Of a DNA stretch of 32,000 nt, positions 8,058 to 17,420 are shown piece by piece. The position numbers and the translations under genes are program-made. Source of the DNA: Prevotella phage Lak-A1; the sequence record MK250016.1. One strand, written 5' to 3'. A model generated the notes under the pieces. That model ran no database searches and was not told the origin of the DNA. It saw only the letters and a list, made by a program, of their open reading frames with translations. The first letter of the stretch is position 1. Every line of letters begins with the position of its first letter.

Positions 8058-9194
8058 ATGATTACAATAACAGAACAATATATAAAGGATTATAAAGATA
8101 AGTTAGATAAAATAGCAAAGTCATTCGATTTGGATAAACAGAAGATAATCGTTGAAGAATTATCTATTAAAGTTTCAGCACCAGATTTTTGGGATGATTT
8201 TGAAAATGCAACAACTATTACAAAGGAACTTAATACAGCAAAAGAAAAGATTAAAGATGTTTCACATATCAATATATTAATAGATGATCTTGAAACTGCT
8301 TTAATGTATTATAAAGAGTTTGAAGGTAAGGATGAAGAAGAACTTGTTAATCTTGCTAATGATGAATTAATTAAAGAATTTAAAATATTTGAAAACAAAT
8401 ATAGATTTGTAGATCCGACTGATTCATTGGGAGCAGTATTAGATATTAATGCAGGTGCAGGTGGAACAGAAGCAAATGATTGGGCAAATATGTTATTCAG
8501 AATGTATGATATGTGGGCTAAATCAAATGGTTATAAATTTAAGATTTTATATTATTCAGAAGGTGATAAAGTAGGTATTAAAAATGTATCTATTGAAATT
8601 ACCGGTAATAATGCATATGGTACATTAAAAGGTGAAACTGGTGTTCATCGTCTTGTTCGTGTTTCTCCTTATAATGCGCAGGGAAAGAGAATGACAAGTT
8701 TTGCGGCAGTTTCTGTTGTTCCGTTGGTAGATAATTCAATTAAAGTTGAAATTGATGAGTCTAAATTAACAATAGATACATTTAGATCTTCTGGTGCCGG
8801 TGGACAAAATGTTAATAAAGTTGAATCAGGTGTACGTGTAAATTATATGTATACAGATCCTGATACAGGTGAAACTGAAAAGATTCAGGTTGCAAATACA
8901 GAAACGCGTGATCAACCAAAAAATAAGGAACGTGCAATGCAAATTCTTAAATCTATTCTTTATAAAAAAGCGTTAGATAAACAGCTTGCAAAGAAAAAGG
9001 AAATTGAAGATGCTAAACTAAAAAATGAATGGGGTGCACAGATTAGATCTTATGTATTTGATGATAAGCGTGTAAAGGATCATCGTACTGGTTATCAAAC
9101 AACTGATGTTGATTCTGTTATGAATGGAAATTTAAATGGATTTATAGAATCTTATAATAATTGGATAATTGAGCAGGAAAATAATAAACTTTAA
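8058..9194 (+). CDS. prfB: Peptide chain release factor 2 (phage-encoded)
   Basis: 378 aa. GAGGTEANDWANMLFRMY, VHRLVRVSPYNAQGKRMTSFA, SSGAGGQNVNKVES (GGQ at 8799-8807), C-terminal RSYVFDDKRVKDHRTG. Confidence 0.96.
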   Translation: MITITEQYIKDYKDKLDKIAKSFDLDKQKIIVEELSIKVSAPDFWDDFENATTITKELNTAKEKIKDVSHINILIDDLETALMYYKEFEGKDEEELVNLANDELIKEFKIFENKYRFVDPTDSLGAVLDINAGAGGTEANDWANMLFRMYDMWAKSNGYKFKILYYSEGDKVGIKNVSIEITGNNAYGTLKGETGVHRLVRVSPYNAQGKRMTSFAAVSVVPLVDNSIKVEIDESKLTIDTFRSSGAGGQNVNKVESGVRVNYMYTDPDTGETEKIQVANTETRDQPKNKERAMQILKSILYKKALDKQLAKKKEIEDAKLKNEWGAQIRSYVFDDKRVKDHRTGYQTTDVDSVMNGNLNGFIESYNNWIIEQENNKL

Positions 9195-9251
9195 TATATA
9201 TTCATTATATAAGTATTTAATGAATTATTTTTCTATTTAAATAAAAATGTG

Positions 9252-9259
9252 TATCTTTG
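9252..9259 (+). promoter_or_regulatory. -7 promoter element TATCTTTG
   Basis: In the second copy of the 49-nt promoter/5'UTR cassette (9249-9297). Confidence 0.7.
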
Positions 9260-9299
9260 TATTGTTAATGAAATAATAAACAGTTAAAAATATAAAGAT

Positions 9300-9518
9300 A
9301 TGAAAATTAAGGTTGGTAGAAATAATGAGTTCGTAGAACTTGAAGAATATGATTCAATTGTAATTATTGATGATAATGGTCATGAATTTCGTATCTCACC
9401 TACACAGAAATGTTGGGGTAAGGGTTTTGAAATTAATGATCCTGATGGAAGTTTGGTAATTCGTCCATGTGTATCTAATGAAGTAATGGTATTCTCATCT
9501 TCAGATGTTGGTTTGTAA
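9300..9518 (+). CDS. hypothetical protein (72 aa)
   Basis: ORF 41 nt downstream of the -7 element. Confidence 0.65.
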   Translation: MKIKVGRNNEFVELEEYDSIVIIDDNGHEFRISPTQKCWGKGFEINDPDGSLVIRPCVSNEVMVFSSSDVGL

Positions 9519-9597
9519 ATTATAACTTTCATTAATAACACAATCACAATAATTATTATTTTACAGTTTGATTTTAAACTAAATTTAATTATTATAT

Positions 9598-10149
9598 ATG
9601 AGTTGTCATACTTGGGTTTACAAACGTATTGATTCAATGTCTCGTGAAGAGATTAATCAAGAAATTGATTGTGTTATTAATGAACGTTTATCTCGTGCAT
9701 ACATGAGTGAAAATGAAGATGAATATGCAAATAAAATGGTTAAGTTAACAAAAGACAGTTCAATTTCTCCATTATCATATTCAGATGCAATTAAACGATA
9801 TAAAGAAGCACGATATGAAACATCACTTATTGTAAAGAAATTACATGAAGCTAAACGTACAGGTGATTTATCTCTTATAACAGATATAAATGGATTTGAT
9901 ACAGCTGAAAATAATACATATCTATTTTTATGTAATGATATGCCATTTAGATGTTATGAATATACATATAAACAATGTCATAATAAAGATGAACTTATTG
10001 AATTTGTACATACAGTTGAGCCAAATAATATTGCAATATATGATGAAAATAATAATCAGCATATAGGTATTCCTGAAGACATAGATGAACGAATATCTGA
10101 TTTTTTTGATAAACATGGTATTAACAATTTATTAATTGAATTTGGTTGA
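9598..10149 (+). CDS. hypothetical protein (183 aa)
   Basis: ORF ending TGA. Confidence 0.7.
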   Translation: MSCHTWVYKRIDSMSREEINQEIDCVINERLSRAYMSENEDEYANKMVKLTKDSSISPLSYSDAIKRYKEARYETSLIVKKLHEAKRTGDLSLITDINGFDTAENNTYLFLCNDMPFRCYEYTYKQCHNKDELIEFVHTVEPNNIAIYDENNNQHIGIPEDIDERISDFFDKHGINNLLIEFG

Positions 10150-10150
10150 T

Positions 10151-10603
10151 ATGAGAACAAATATAGATTTACATACTATTGCAATGAACTATACAAATTG
10201 TAATATTGAACTTGATTCATTTTCATTACTTTGTTGTCTTGATGAAATAGGATTTACATATCCAAAAACAAACAAATATTTAAATGTTGGTGCATGTAGG
10301 AATTTAAGAGAATTTAATGAAATACATGATAAAATATATTATTATATGATTTATGATTTTCTACGTTCTACATATGGTATTTCAGTAACATTTTTTGAAG
10401 GTAAATCTATTTCTTATAACGAACGAGGTGTAATAGAAAAAGTTGAAATTGAAGGAATGGATAAAGAATCTGACATATATATGATTATATCAAATATGGT
10501 ATTTGATAATATTGATGTAGCATATAAGACTGTTGCACATATGATTGTATCAGATTTAAATTGGAGACATATTCAAAAGAAAAATTTTTCTAAGATAAAA
10601 TAA
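10151..10603 (+). CDS. hypothetical protein (150 aa)
   Basis: ATG at 10151. The track start at 10136 is a TTG inside the previous gene, so 10151 is preferred. Confidence 0.7.
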   Translation: MRTNIDLHTIAMNYTNCNIELDSFSLLCCLDEIGFTYPKTNKYLNVGACRNLREFNEIHDKIYYYMIYDFLRSTYGISVTFFEGKSISYNERGVIEKVEIEGMDKESDIYMIISNMVFDNIDVAYKTVAHMIVSDLNWRHIQKKNFSKIK

Positions 10604-10673
10604 GACTTTATTATTAAACACATATATAAAGAATAATTAATTTAACATATTAACTTTTAAATTTAGATTTAGC

Positions 10674-11237
10674 ATGGGATTATTTGAACTTTTTAATAAG
10701 AAAAATGCTGCAGATGTAAGTACATTGTTTACAGATGAAAATAAAGTTTCTATTTCAGCAGCAGATGCATATAAGAAGTCTCGCTATGGTATCTTGAAAT
10801 CTGATAAGATGATGCTTGAGGAATTCTTTACTGATGTAAAACTTATGGTTGAGCAGAAGAATATGGAGCGTAGTTATTGTGGTATGCTTCAGCTTGATGA
10901 TGACATTATTAAGTTTCTTCCTCGTATTAAGGATCGATTAATGCGTCAACTTGGATTTAAGGTAATCATTCTTGATGATAATTCTGTTATTACAAATAAA
11001 GAATTGAAGTCAGAAGATACAATTAAAACAGGTAGTACATTTGTTTTGCTTGTATGGAATAAACAGGCAATTGAGGAAGTTGAAGAAATGAAAGCAAACA
11101 ATTTGTTGGAACCTATTTCAGATGACTCATCAATTGCAACAGAAACAGTAGATTCGATTAAGGATGAAAAGAAAGAGGAAATAACTCCTGCTATTTCTGG
11201 AAATTCTAATCCTATTAAGAAACATCTTAATAGTTAA
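10674..11237 (+). CDS. hypothetical protein (187 aa)
   Basis: ORF with GC/Ala-richer codon use similar to the 2-796 and 1306-2895 genes. Confidence 0.75.
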   Translation: MGLFELFNKKNAADVSTLFTDENKVSISAADAYKKSRYGILKSDKMMLEEFFTDVKLMVEQKNMERSYCGMLQLDDDIIKFLPRIKDRLMRQLGFKVIILDDNSVITNKELKSEDTIKTGSTFVLLVWNKQAIEEVEEMKANNLLEPISDDSSIATETVDSIKDEKKEEITPAISGNSNPIKKHLNS

Positions 11238-11368
11238 AAAAATTGTTAAAATATAGACTTTTTAAGTATTAAGACATATAAATAATAAGAAGAGAAAAAT
11301 GGTGATTATATGATTATACATAAGATGCTTTTTAATTATCCTTAGTTTTTAAATGTATAATCATTTCC

Positions 11369-11520
11369 GTTTAAATGTTTTGGTTTTGGATAATTAACAA
11401 TCATTTAAACAAATTAAAAAGAAGGGAGTGTTTATCACTTAGATAAACACAAAAGAAGAAAAGGAAAGATAGATGATAAGGGTGAAAGTCGTTGTGATAA
11501 CGGTTTTCACTCATTTTTTT
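11369..11520 (+). ncRNA. Candidate structured intergenic RNA ending in terminator-like hairpin
   Basis: Successive stems: GTTTAAATG (11369-11377)/CATTTAAAC (11402-11410); GTGTTTATC (11428-11436)/GATAAACAC (11442-11450); GTGAAA.../...TTTTCAC (11482-11510) followed by TCATTTTTTT. Confidence 0.4.
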
Positions 11521-11555
11521 ATTATTTAATATTTTTATATTTAAATAAAAATGTG

Positions 11556-11563
11556 TATCTTTG
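11556..11563 (+). promoter_or_regulatory. -7 promoter element TATCTTTG
   Basis: AAATAAAAATGTGTATCTTTGTAATA; 40 nt before the 11603 ATG. Confidence 0.7.
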
Positions 11564-11602
11564 TAATATACTATAATAGTAATTATTAAAATTAATTTAT
11601 AT

Positions 11603-13192
11603 ATGAAATATTTGTTGAATTGGATCGAAAAAGAATTAAATCCAGAACGGCATGTAAGTTCAAAAACAACATCATCTGAATATTTTTATTTTTATGGTGC
11701 AAAAGTTCGATTTGCTGATCATATTTCAGATAGAAATGATAGTGATTTGGAAATTATATTAGTAAAGGATTTAACTGGTCAAAATAAACATTATCTGATA
11801 AAAGAACAGAATTATCCTGCAATGGTATCTGTTCCTGATGTAAAAACTTTAAAAATTGTATTATCTACATTTATATTCCAATTTAAGAATAGATATTCAG
11901 ATAATATAGTAAAAGAAGCAAATAAGTCAGAAGAGAATAAAAAAATATTAAATACTTGTTTAAATCAGCTACGTTCAAATAATAATGCTAATTTAGATAT
12001 ATTTCAAACATTTGATAAATGCATTTATAGTATTATTCCTCAATGGCATAATATGAAACAAATATATAGAATTATATTCATGCATTTATTTAAATTATGT
12101 GGTGATATTGACAGTATTAAGAATATTATTGATGTAGAATTTCCAAATGATAACCAAAATGATTGGCATCATAAGAATACTAATGATATTATTAATATAT
12201 TAGTAACATATTTTCCTGATGATTATAATATCAGAAATATTATTGGATTAGACGAAACTATTAGTCCTAAAGAAAAATTTGCTAATTGTTTTAATGAATA
12301 CTATAAGAATCTTGATATTAATATAGAAGATATGAAGGAAGAAGATAAATCTAAATTCTTAAATGCATTTGGAAGTCTTCTTGCATTAGATACAAAAAAT
12401 AAATATGCTAAATGTTCAGATCATCAAAAGAAGTATATCCGTTCATTACTTAATGAACATATATCATATGATAATATTTTGAAATTTGTGAATAGTATAT
12501 TTGATGTTATGTTTACACCAAAGATGAAACATAAAAACGATGCGCCACAAATGAAAGTTATTGTTGATAAATTCTTGCGGTTGTATAATATTGGAATTAT
12601 TAAATTCCCAAATGAATATGACTTTGATTCTACTTATAACAATAATTTTAATCATATTGATGTAACACAGGAAGAATCTACTGATATTGAAAAAACTACT
12701 GATGATACTACTATTAGTGAAAATATAGAAGTAACAGAAGTTAAAGAACCATGTAATGATATTCAATATGAAACTATAGTAGATTATATTCCTGATACTG
12801 ATATTACTATTAAAGATTCATATAATTATGCATCTACAGAATTTGATGATATTCAAGATATTCATGAAATGTTTGAACATAATCAAATTAATATACTTAA
12901 TGATGTAATTAAGAAAATTAATGATACCAATAAGTATACATCATTTGAAACTAGACGTATTACTGATATATTTGCATCACATTATTCAGATATATGGGAG
13001 AAACTTACATGGACACAAAAAGAACTTTGCTCATCTATTATAACAAATGAACGAATGAATTTGAGTGAAACTGATTATATTATCAATAAAATATTTGATA
13101 AAACATCGTTTAATTTCCCTGTAACGGAACTTTGTCGTAAATATATAAAAGAATATAGTCAACGTATAAAGGAGAGCCGTATGGCTGCTTAA
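11603..13192 (+). CDS. hypothetical protein (529 aa)
   Basis: Long ORF with no in-frame TAG, TAA stop. Confidence 0.8.
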   Translation: MKYLLNWIEKELNPERHVSSKTTSSEYFYFYGAKVRFADHISDRNDSDLEIILVKDLTGQNKHYLIKEQNYPAMVSVPDVKTLKIVLSTFIFQFKNRYSDNIVKEANKSEENKKILNTCLNQLRSNNNANLDIFQTFDKCIYSIIPQWHNMKQIYRIIFMHLFKLCGDIDSIKNIIDVEFPNDNQNDWHHKNTNDIINILVTYFPDDYNIRNIIGLDETISPKEKFANCFNEYYKNLDINIEDMKEEDKSKFLNAFGSLLALDTKNKYAKCSDHQKKYIRSLLNEHISYDNILKFVNSIFDVMFTPKMKHKNDAPQMKVIVDKFLRLYNIGIIKFPNEYDFDSTYNNNFNHIDVTQEESTDIEKTTDDTTISENIEVTEVKEPCNDIQYETIVDYIPDTDITIKDSYNYASTEFDDIQDIHEMFEHNQINILNDVIKKINDTNKYTSFETRRITDIFASHYSDIWEKLTWTQKELCSSIITNERMNLSETDYIINKIFDKTSFNFPVTELCRKYIKEYSQRIKESRMAA

Positions 13193-13198
13193 AATAAG

Positions 13199-13240
13199 AA
13201 ATAGGATAGATATACTAATACAGTTATCTATCCTATTTTA
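13199..13240. terminator. Bidirectional terminator between convergent genes
   Basis: 14-bp stem AAATAGGATAGATA (13199-13212) / TATCTATCCTATTT (13225-13238). Confidence 0.85.
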
Positions 13241-13243
13241 TTT

Positions 13244-16200
13244 TTATATTGCATATCCAGAATTTCCAGTTGATTTATTATCAGAATTTGCATTTTGCTT
13301 TGCTTGCCATGCCCTATCTATTGCAGCTTTATCAACATCCTAAAATTTATGTATATCATCAACTATATATGTATTTCGTTTAGGCTGTTTTATTGATTGC
13401 ATCTTCATATGTTTATGAGGCGGAATATGAGGCTTATTATCCTATAACTTCATATTTTTCTATCTACTTCGTAATTCATCATATGTTGATTCTATAATAT
13501 CTGCAAGAGATAACATATCTTCTGTACTTATATTATCTAATTCATTAATATCTATTGACGTTAATGCTTTTAATTTTTCTGTAAGTTTTTTATCATCTGT
13601 AATATTTACTAATTTCATTTCTGGTTTATAATCATTATTATCAGTAATATTATCAAATAACATTGCGGAAGGAATATCATCTGTAATAACAGGTTTATTC
13701 ATTACCATTTCTGATTTTTCATTAACAGATGTATTAGAAATAAATGGAATATTTGCAGTTGAACTATTATTAATATTCTATGTCATTTGCATATCTATAA
13801 TACTTTCATTCTTTAATAACTTACTCATTACCATCTTTGTTTTATATTCATTTGCATTTAATTCTGTCATACTCATATCAGGATTATTATCAACAAATTC
13901 TGTATGTGTCATCTGCATATTAGGTATAGACGAATCAGTATTTAATCTTGTCATATCCATATCAGATAATGAAGTATTTGATATTACTTCTGTCATTTTC
14001 ATACTCGGATTTTCAGTAATCTAATCGATATTAGTCATTTTCATATCAGATGTAGAAGCATTCATATCAAGATGAATCATATCCATATTTGCAATAGATA
14101 CATCATTATTAGTAGTTGTTAATATCATATCAGGTAATGATGTATCAGTTATAGGGTAAATAAAATCCATATCAGAAGTAGAAACATCTATATTAAGATG
14201 TATCATATCCATATTTGCTGTAGATATATTCTAGTTTAATGTTGTCATATCCATATTTGCAATAGATGAATTCTGTATTAACTGTAACATCTAACCATTA
14301 GCAATAGAAGTATTAGATATAAGTGTTGTCATATCCATATTTGCTATAGAAACATTCTAATTTAATGACGTCATATCCATATTTGTTATAGATGTATTTT
14401 GACGTAATGATGTCATATTCATTTTTGGATTTGTCTATTGAGAATTTAACATAATCATATCCGTAGGATTTGTCTAATCTGTAATTTCAATATTATTCAT
14501 TAATGTTGAAGATTTGAATGTATCATTTTCTGTTGGAATTAAACCAGATGTTGGCTTAGAAAGATACATATCCATTGTTGTCATTTGATTATGTGCCTAT
14601 GGTCTTGCATCGCCTTCTAATGGTTGTAAATTATGCTGTTCTTTACTAATAGTCTATGGATTATTTACTAATGTCATAGATGAATTACTTACATCCTATG
14701 ATACTGGTATAAATGTCATTGAATTATGATCTGAATTTATATTATTAGTAACTAAATTCATTGATGCCTTACTTGTATCTATATATGTTGAATCATTACT
14801 CATATTCATATCGTTATGATCTGTATTTAATTCAGGTTTTGTATACTCCATTGAATTATGTTCTGTATTAATCTATGGTTCTACAAATGTCATTGAATTA
14901 TGTTCTGTATTCATAACAGGTGAAATATAATTCATATCATTATGTTCATCATTTATATCAGGATTAACATAATTCATATCATTATGATCTAAATTCATTT
15001 CTGGAGAAACATAATTCTAATCAGTCTTACTAAGATTAAATTCTGGTTCTACATAATTATGATGTTCTTTATGTAGATTCATTTCTGGTTCTACATAATT
15101 CTAATCAACTTTATCAAGATTAAATTCTGGTTCTACATAACTATGATGATTTTTATGTAAATTCATTTCTGGAGAAACATAATTCATATCATTATGATCT
15201 AAATTCATTTCTGGAGAAACATAATTCTAATCAGATTTATCAAGATTAAATTCTGGTTCTACATAATTATGTTTATTTTTGTCTAAATTCATTTCTGGAG
15301 AAACATAATTCTAATCAGATTTATCTAAATTCATATATGGTTTAATATAATCCATAATACTATGGTCTAAATTAAACTCAGGCTCAACATATGTTTGATG
15401 TGGTTTATTAAGATTAAACTCTGGTTTAATATAATTCTATTTAAATTTATCGAGATTAAATTCTGGTTCCACATAATTCATATCATTATGATCTAAATTC
15501 ATTTCTGGTGAAATATAATTCATATCATTATGCTCTAAATTAAATTCTGGTGTTATATAATCATATTCTGGTTTATCTAGATTTTCATCAAGTTCTGTAT
15601 AATTCTATGATATTTTATCTAAGTTTTCATTCAGATGAATATAATTATGTTCAGGTTTTTCAAGATTTTTCTAAATAGACGGATCAATTAATCCAAAACT
15701 TGCATCACTTCCAATAATCTGAATTTTTGGTTCTAACTTAGTTGCAGATGTATCTATAATACCTGGATCTATTATATTATAATATGCATTACTTCCTACA
15801 ACATAAGTATTTCTTAACATATGTAATAACATTACCTTTATACGATTTTTCATCTATTGCTAAGCTTTAACAACATCTGGACCGTATAAAAGTTGCTCAT
15901 GATCATATATATAAGACCATTCATATGGTCTCTATAAATCATTATAGAACTAATCTCTGTCTGGATTTCTAGAATCACGAACTAATACAGGTCTTGAATG
16001 AATAACTTTTTTAAGATATTTTTTCAAATCCTTCCATGAACTTATAGTATAAAGATTATCTCTTACATTTGCCTCATGCCAACTATTATCTGGTAATTGT
16101 GGACCATATACATCTGCAGTTCCATATAATTTGTCATAATCTGCATTATCACCAACTTTATGTGTAATTTCTTTATCAAAATATGCAGTATATTCAGATG

Positions 16201-17404
16201 GCATCATAAACATACGTCTCATCCATCTTGTTCTGAAATTCGCATGATTATCTGCATTAGTTGATGTATAGTCATTTCGTTCTGATATGGACTAAAAATC
16301 AGAAATCCAATTAACTGTATTTTTTACATTTGAATTTGGTTTATGGTCTGTCTAATTAGGATCTAATGCATCTATCTTTTTCATTAAACCATTAGAATAG
16401 AATGTTTTTACATTTTTTACAGAAATTGTTATTTTTGTTTCTGCATCCTTATGTTCATCATATGCAGTTGCATACTCATTATCCCATATTGATTCAATAT
16501 CAATTTCACATGGACCACATTCTAACGCATATATAGGAAAGTCGTTTTGTTCTACACTATATACAGCAGTTTTATTTCCTGTTGATTTATCCAATTTATA
16601 ACCAGTCTATAAAATACGTCTGTCAAATACATAAATAATCATTTTGAAATATCTATATATATCTGGTAATATCCATCTCTACCAAACATCATCATATGCA
16701 GCTTTTCTATACATTTCTAATAATGTACGAATTTTCAAATCAATTCCTTCATAACATTCTAATGTAATCTTTGCATCCTTAAGTCGTACTCCTTTTCCTG
16801 GTTCAAATGATGTTAACTTTTCCAATCCAGTAATTTTTTTGAACAGATAAGGCATACTTCTCTATATTTCATAAAGGCCTTGGACAAATGTTTTAATATA
16901 AGATGCGCGCGCATCTTCATTCCTGTTCATCAGATAATTATATGTATTATAATGTTCTTGATTACTCCAATTTTCCGTATTATCAAATTCTAAAAAATTT
17001 AAATCAAGTAAACCCATTGGAAATTGATCATAATCTTCATAATATATATTATTATAAAGACTTGTTTTCTATTGGTTCTTTATTGTTTCTGTATCAAGAA
17101 CTGAACAACCCCAATCACCAAATTCAACTTTAAACATAAGTCGAGTAGGATCTTCAAAACCTGATCTGAATACTTCAGAAGACATATCAGCACCATATTC
17201 ATTTCCCATATGAAATCGTTCCATGATTTCATTCTGTTCCATAAATCGTCCAGATGATAAAATCCACGATTCACTGTCAGTTACTTTCTACTCTAATTCA
17301 TTTGTTTTAGTATCTCCAGTAAGTAATGAATTAAATCCTTTTAAAAAATTGTATGCAGAATTTGTCTTTTTATTTAAGCCTTTTAATGTACTAAAAATAC
17401 CCAT
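13244..17404 (-). CDS. Large virion structural protein (1386 aa, TAG=Gln) with C-terminal 14-aa tandem repeats
   Basis: Track fragments 13460-13708, 13778-14002, 14021-14212, 15671-15853, 15950-16222 and 16352-16594 are all in one frame and separated by TAG (CTA on plus). Starts MGIFSTLKGLNKKTNSAYNFLKGFNSLL..., ends ...NSGYAI-TAA. Confidence 0.88.
13667..14422 (-). repeat. Tandem 42-bp/14-aa repeat array B, 18 units
   Basis: Units such as MDMTTLNQNISTAN, MDMIHLNIDVSTSD, MDFIYPITDTSLPD, MILTTTNNDVSIAN, MKMTEVISNTSLSD. Length 756 = 18 x 42. Confidence 0.88.
14828..15667 (-). repeat. Tandem 42-bp/14-aa repeat array A, 20 units
   Basis: Units such as NLDHNDMNYVSPEM, NLDKSDQNYVSPEM, NLHKNHHSYVEPEF, NTEHNSMEYTKPEL. 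Length 840 = 20 x 42. Confidence 0.92.
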
Positions 17405-17420
17405 AATTTAATTAATCATT

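Noticed and set aside
8058-8180. Programmed +1 frameshift autoregulatory site typical of bacterial prfB
   Set aside because: The RF2 ORF is continuous from ATG to TAA with no internal TGA.
13667-15667. CRISPR array or non-coding satellite
   Set aside because: Repeats are contiguous 42-bp units without spacers and preserve one reading frame coding for 14-aa repeats.
16903-17411. ORFs 16903-17133(+), 17080-17274(-), 17223-17411(+)
   Set aside because: Out of frame or antisense to the recoded 13244-17404 gene, which translates sensibly across this region.
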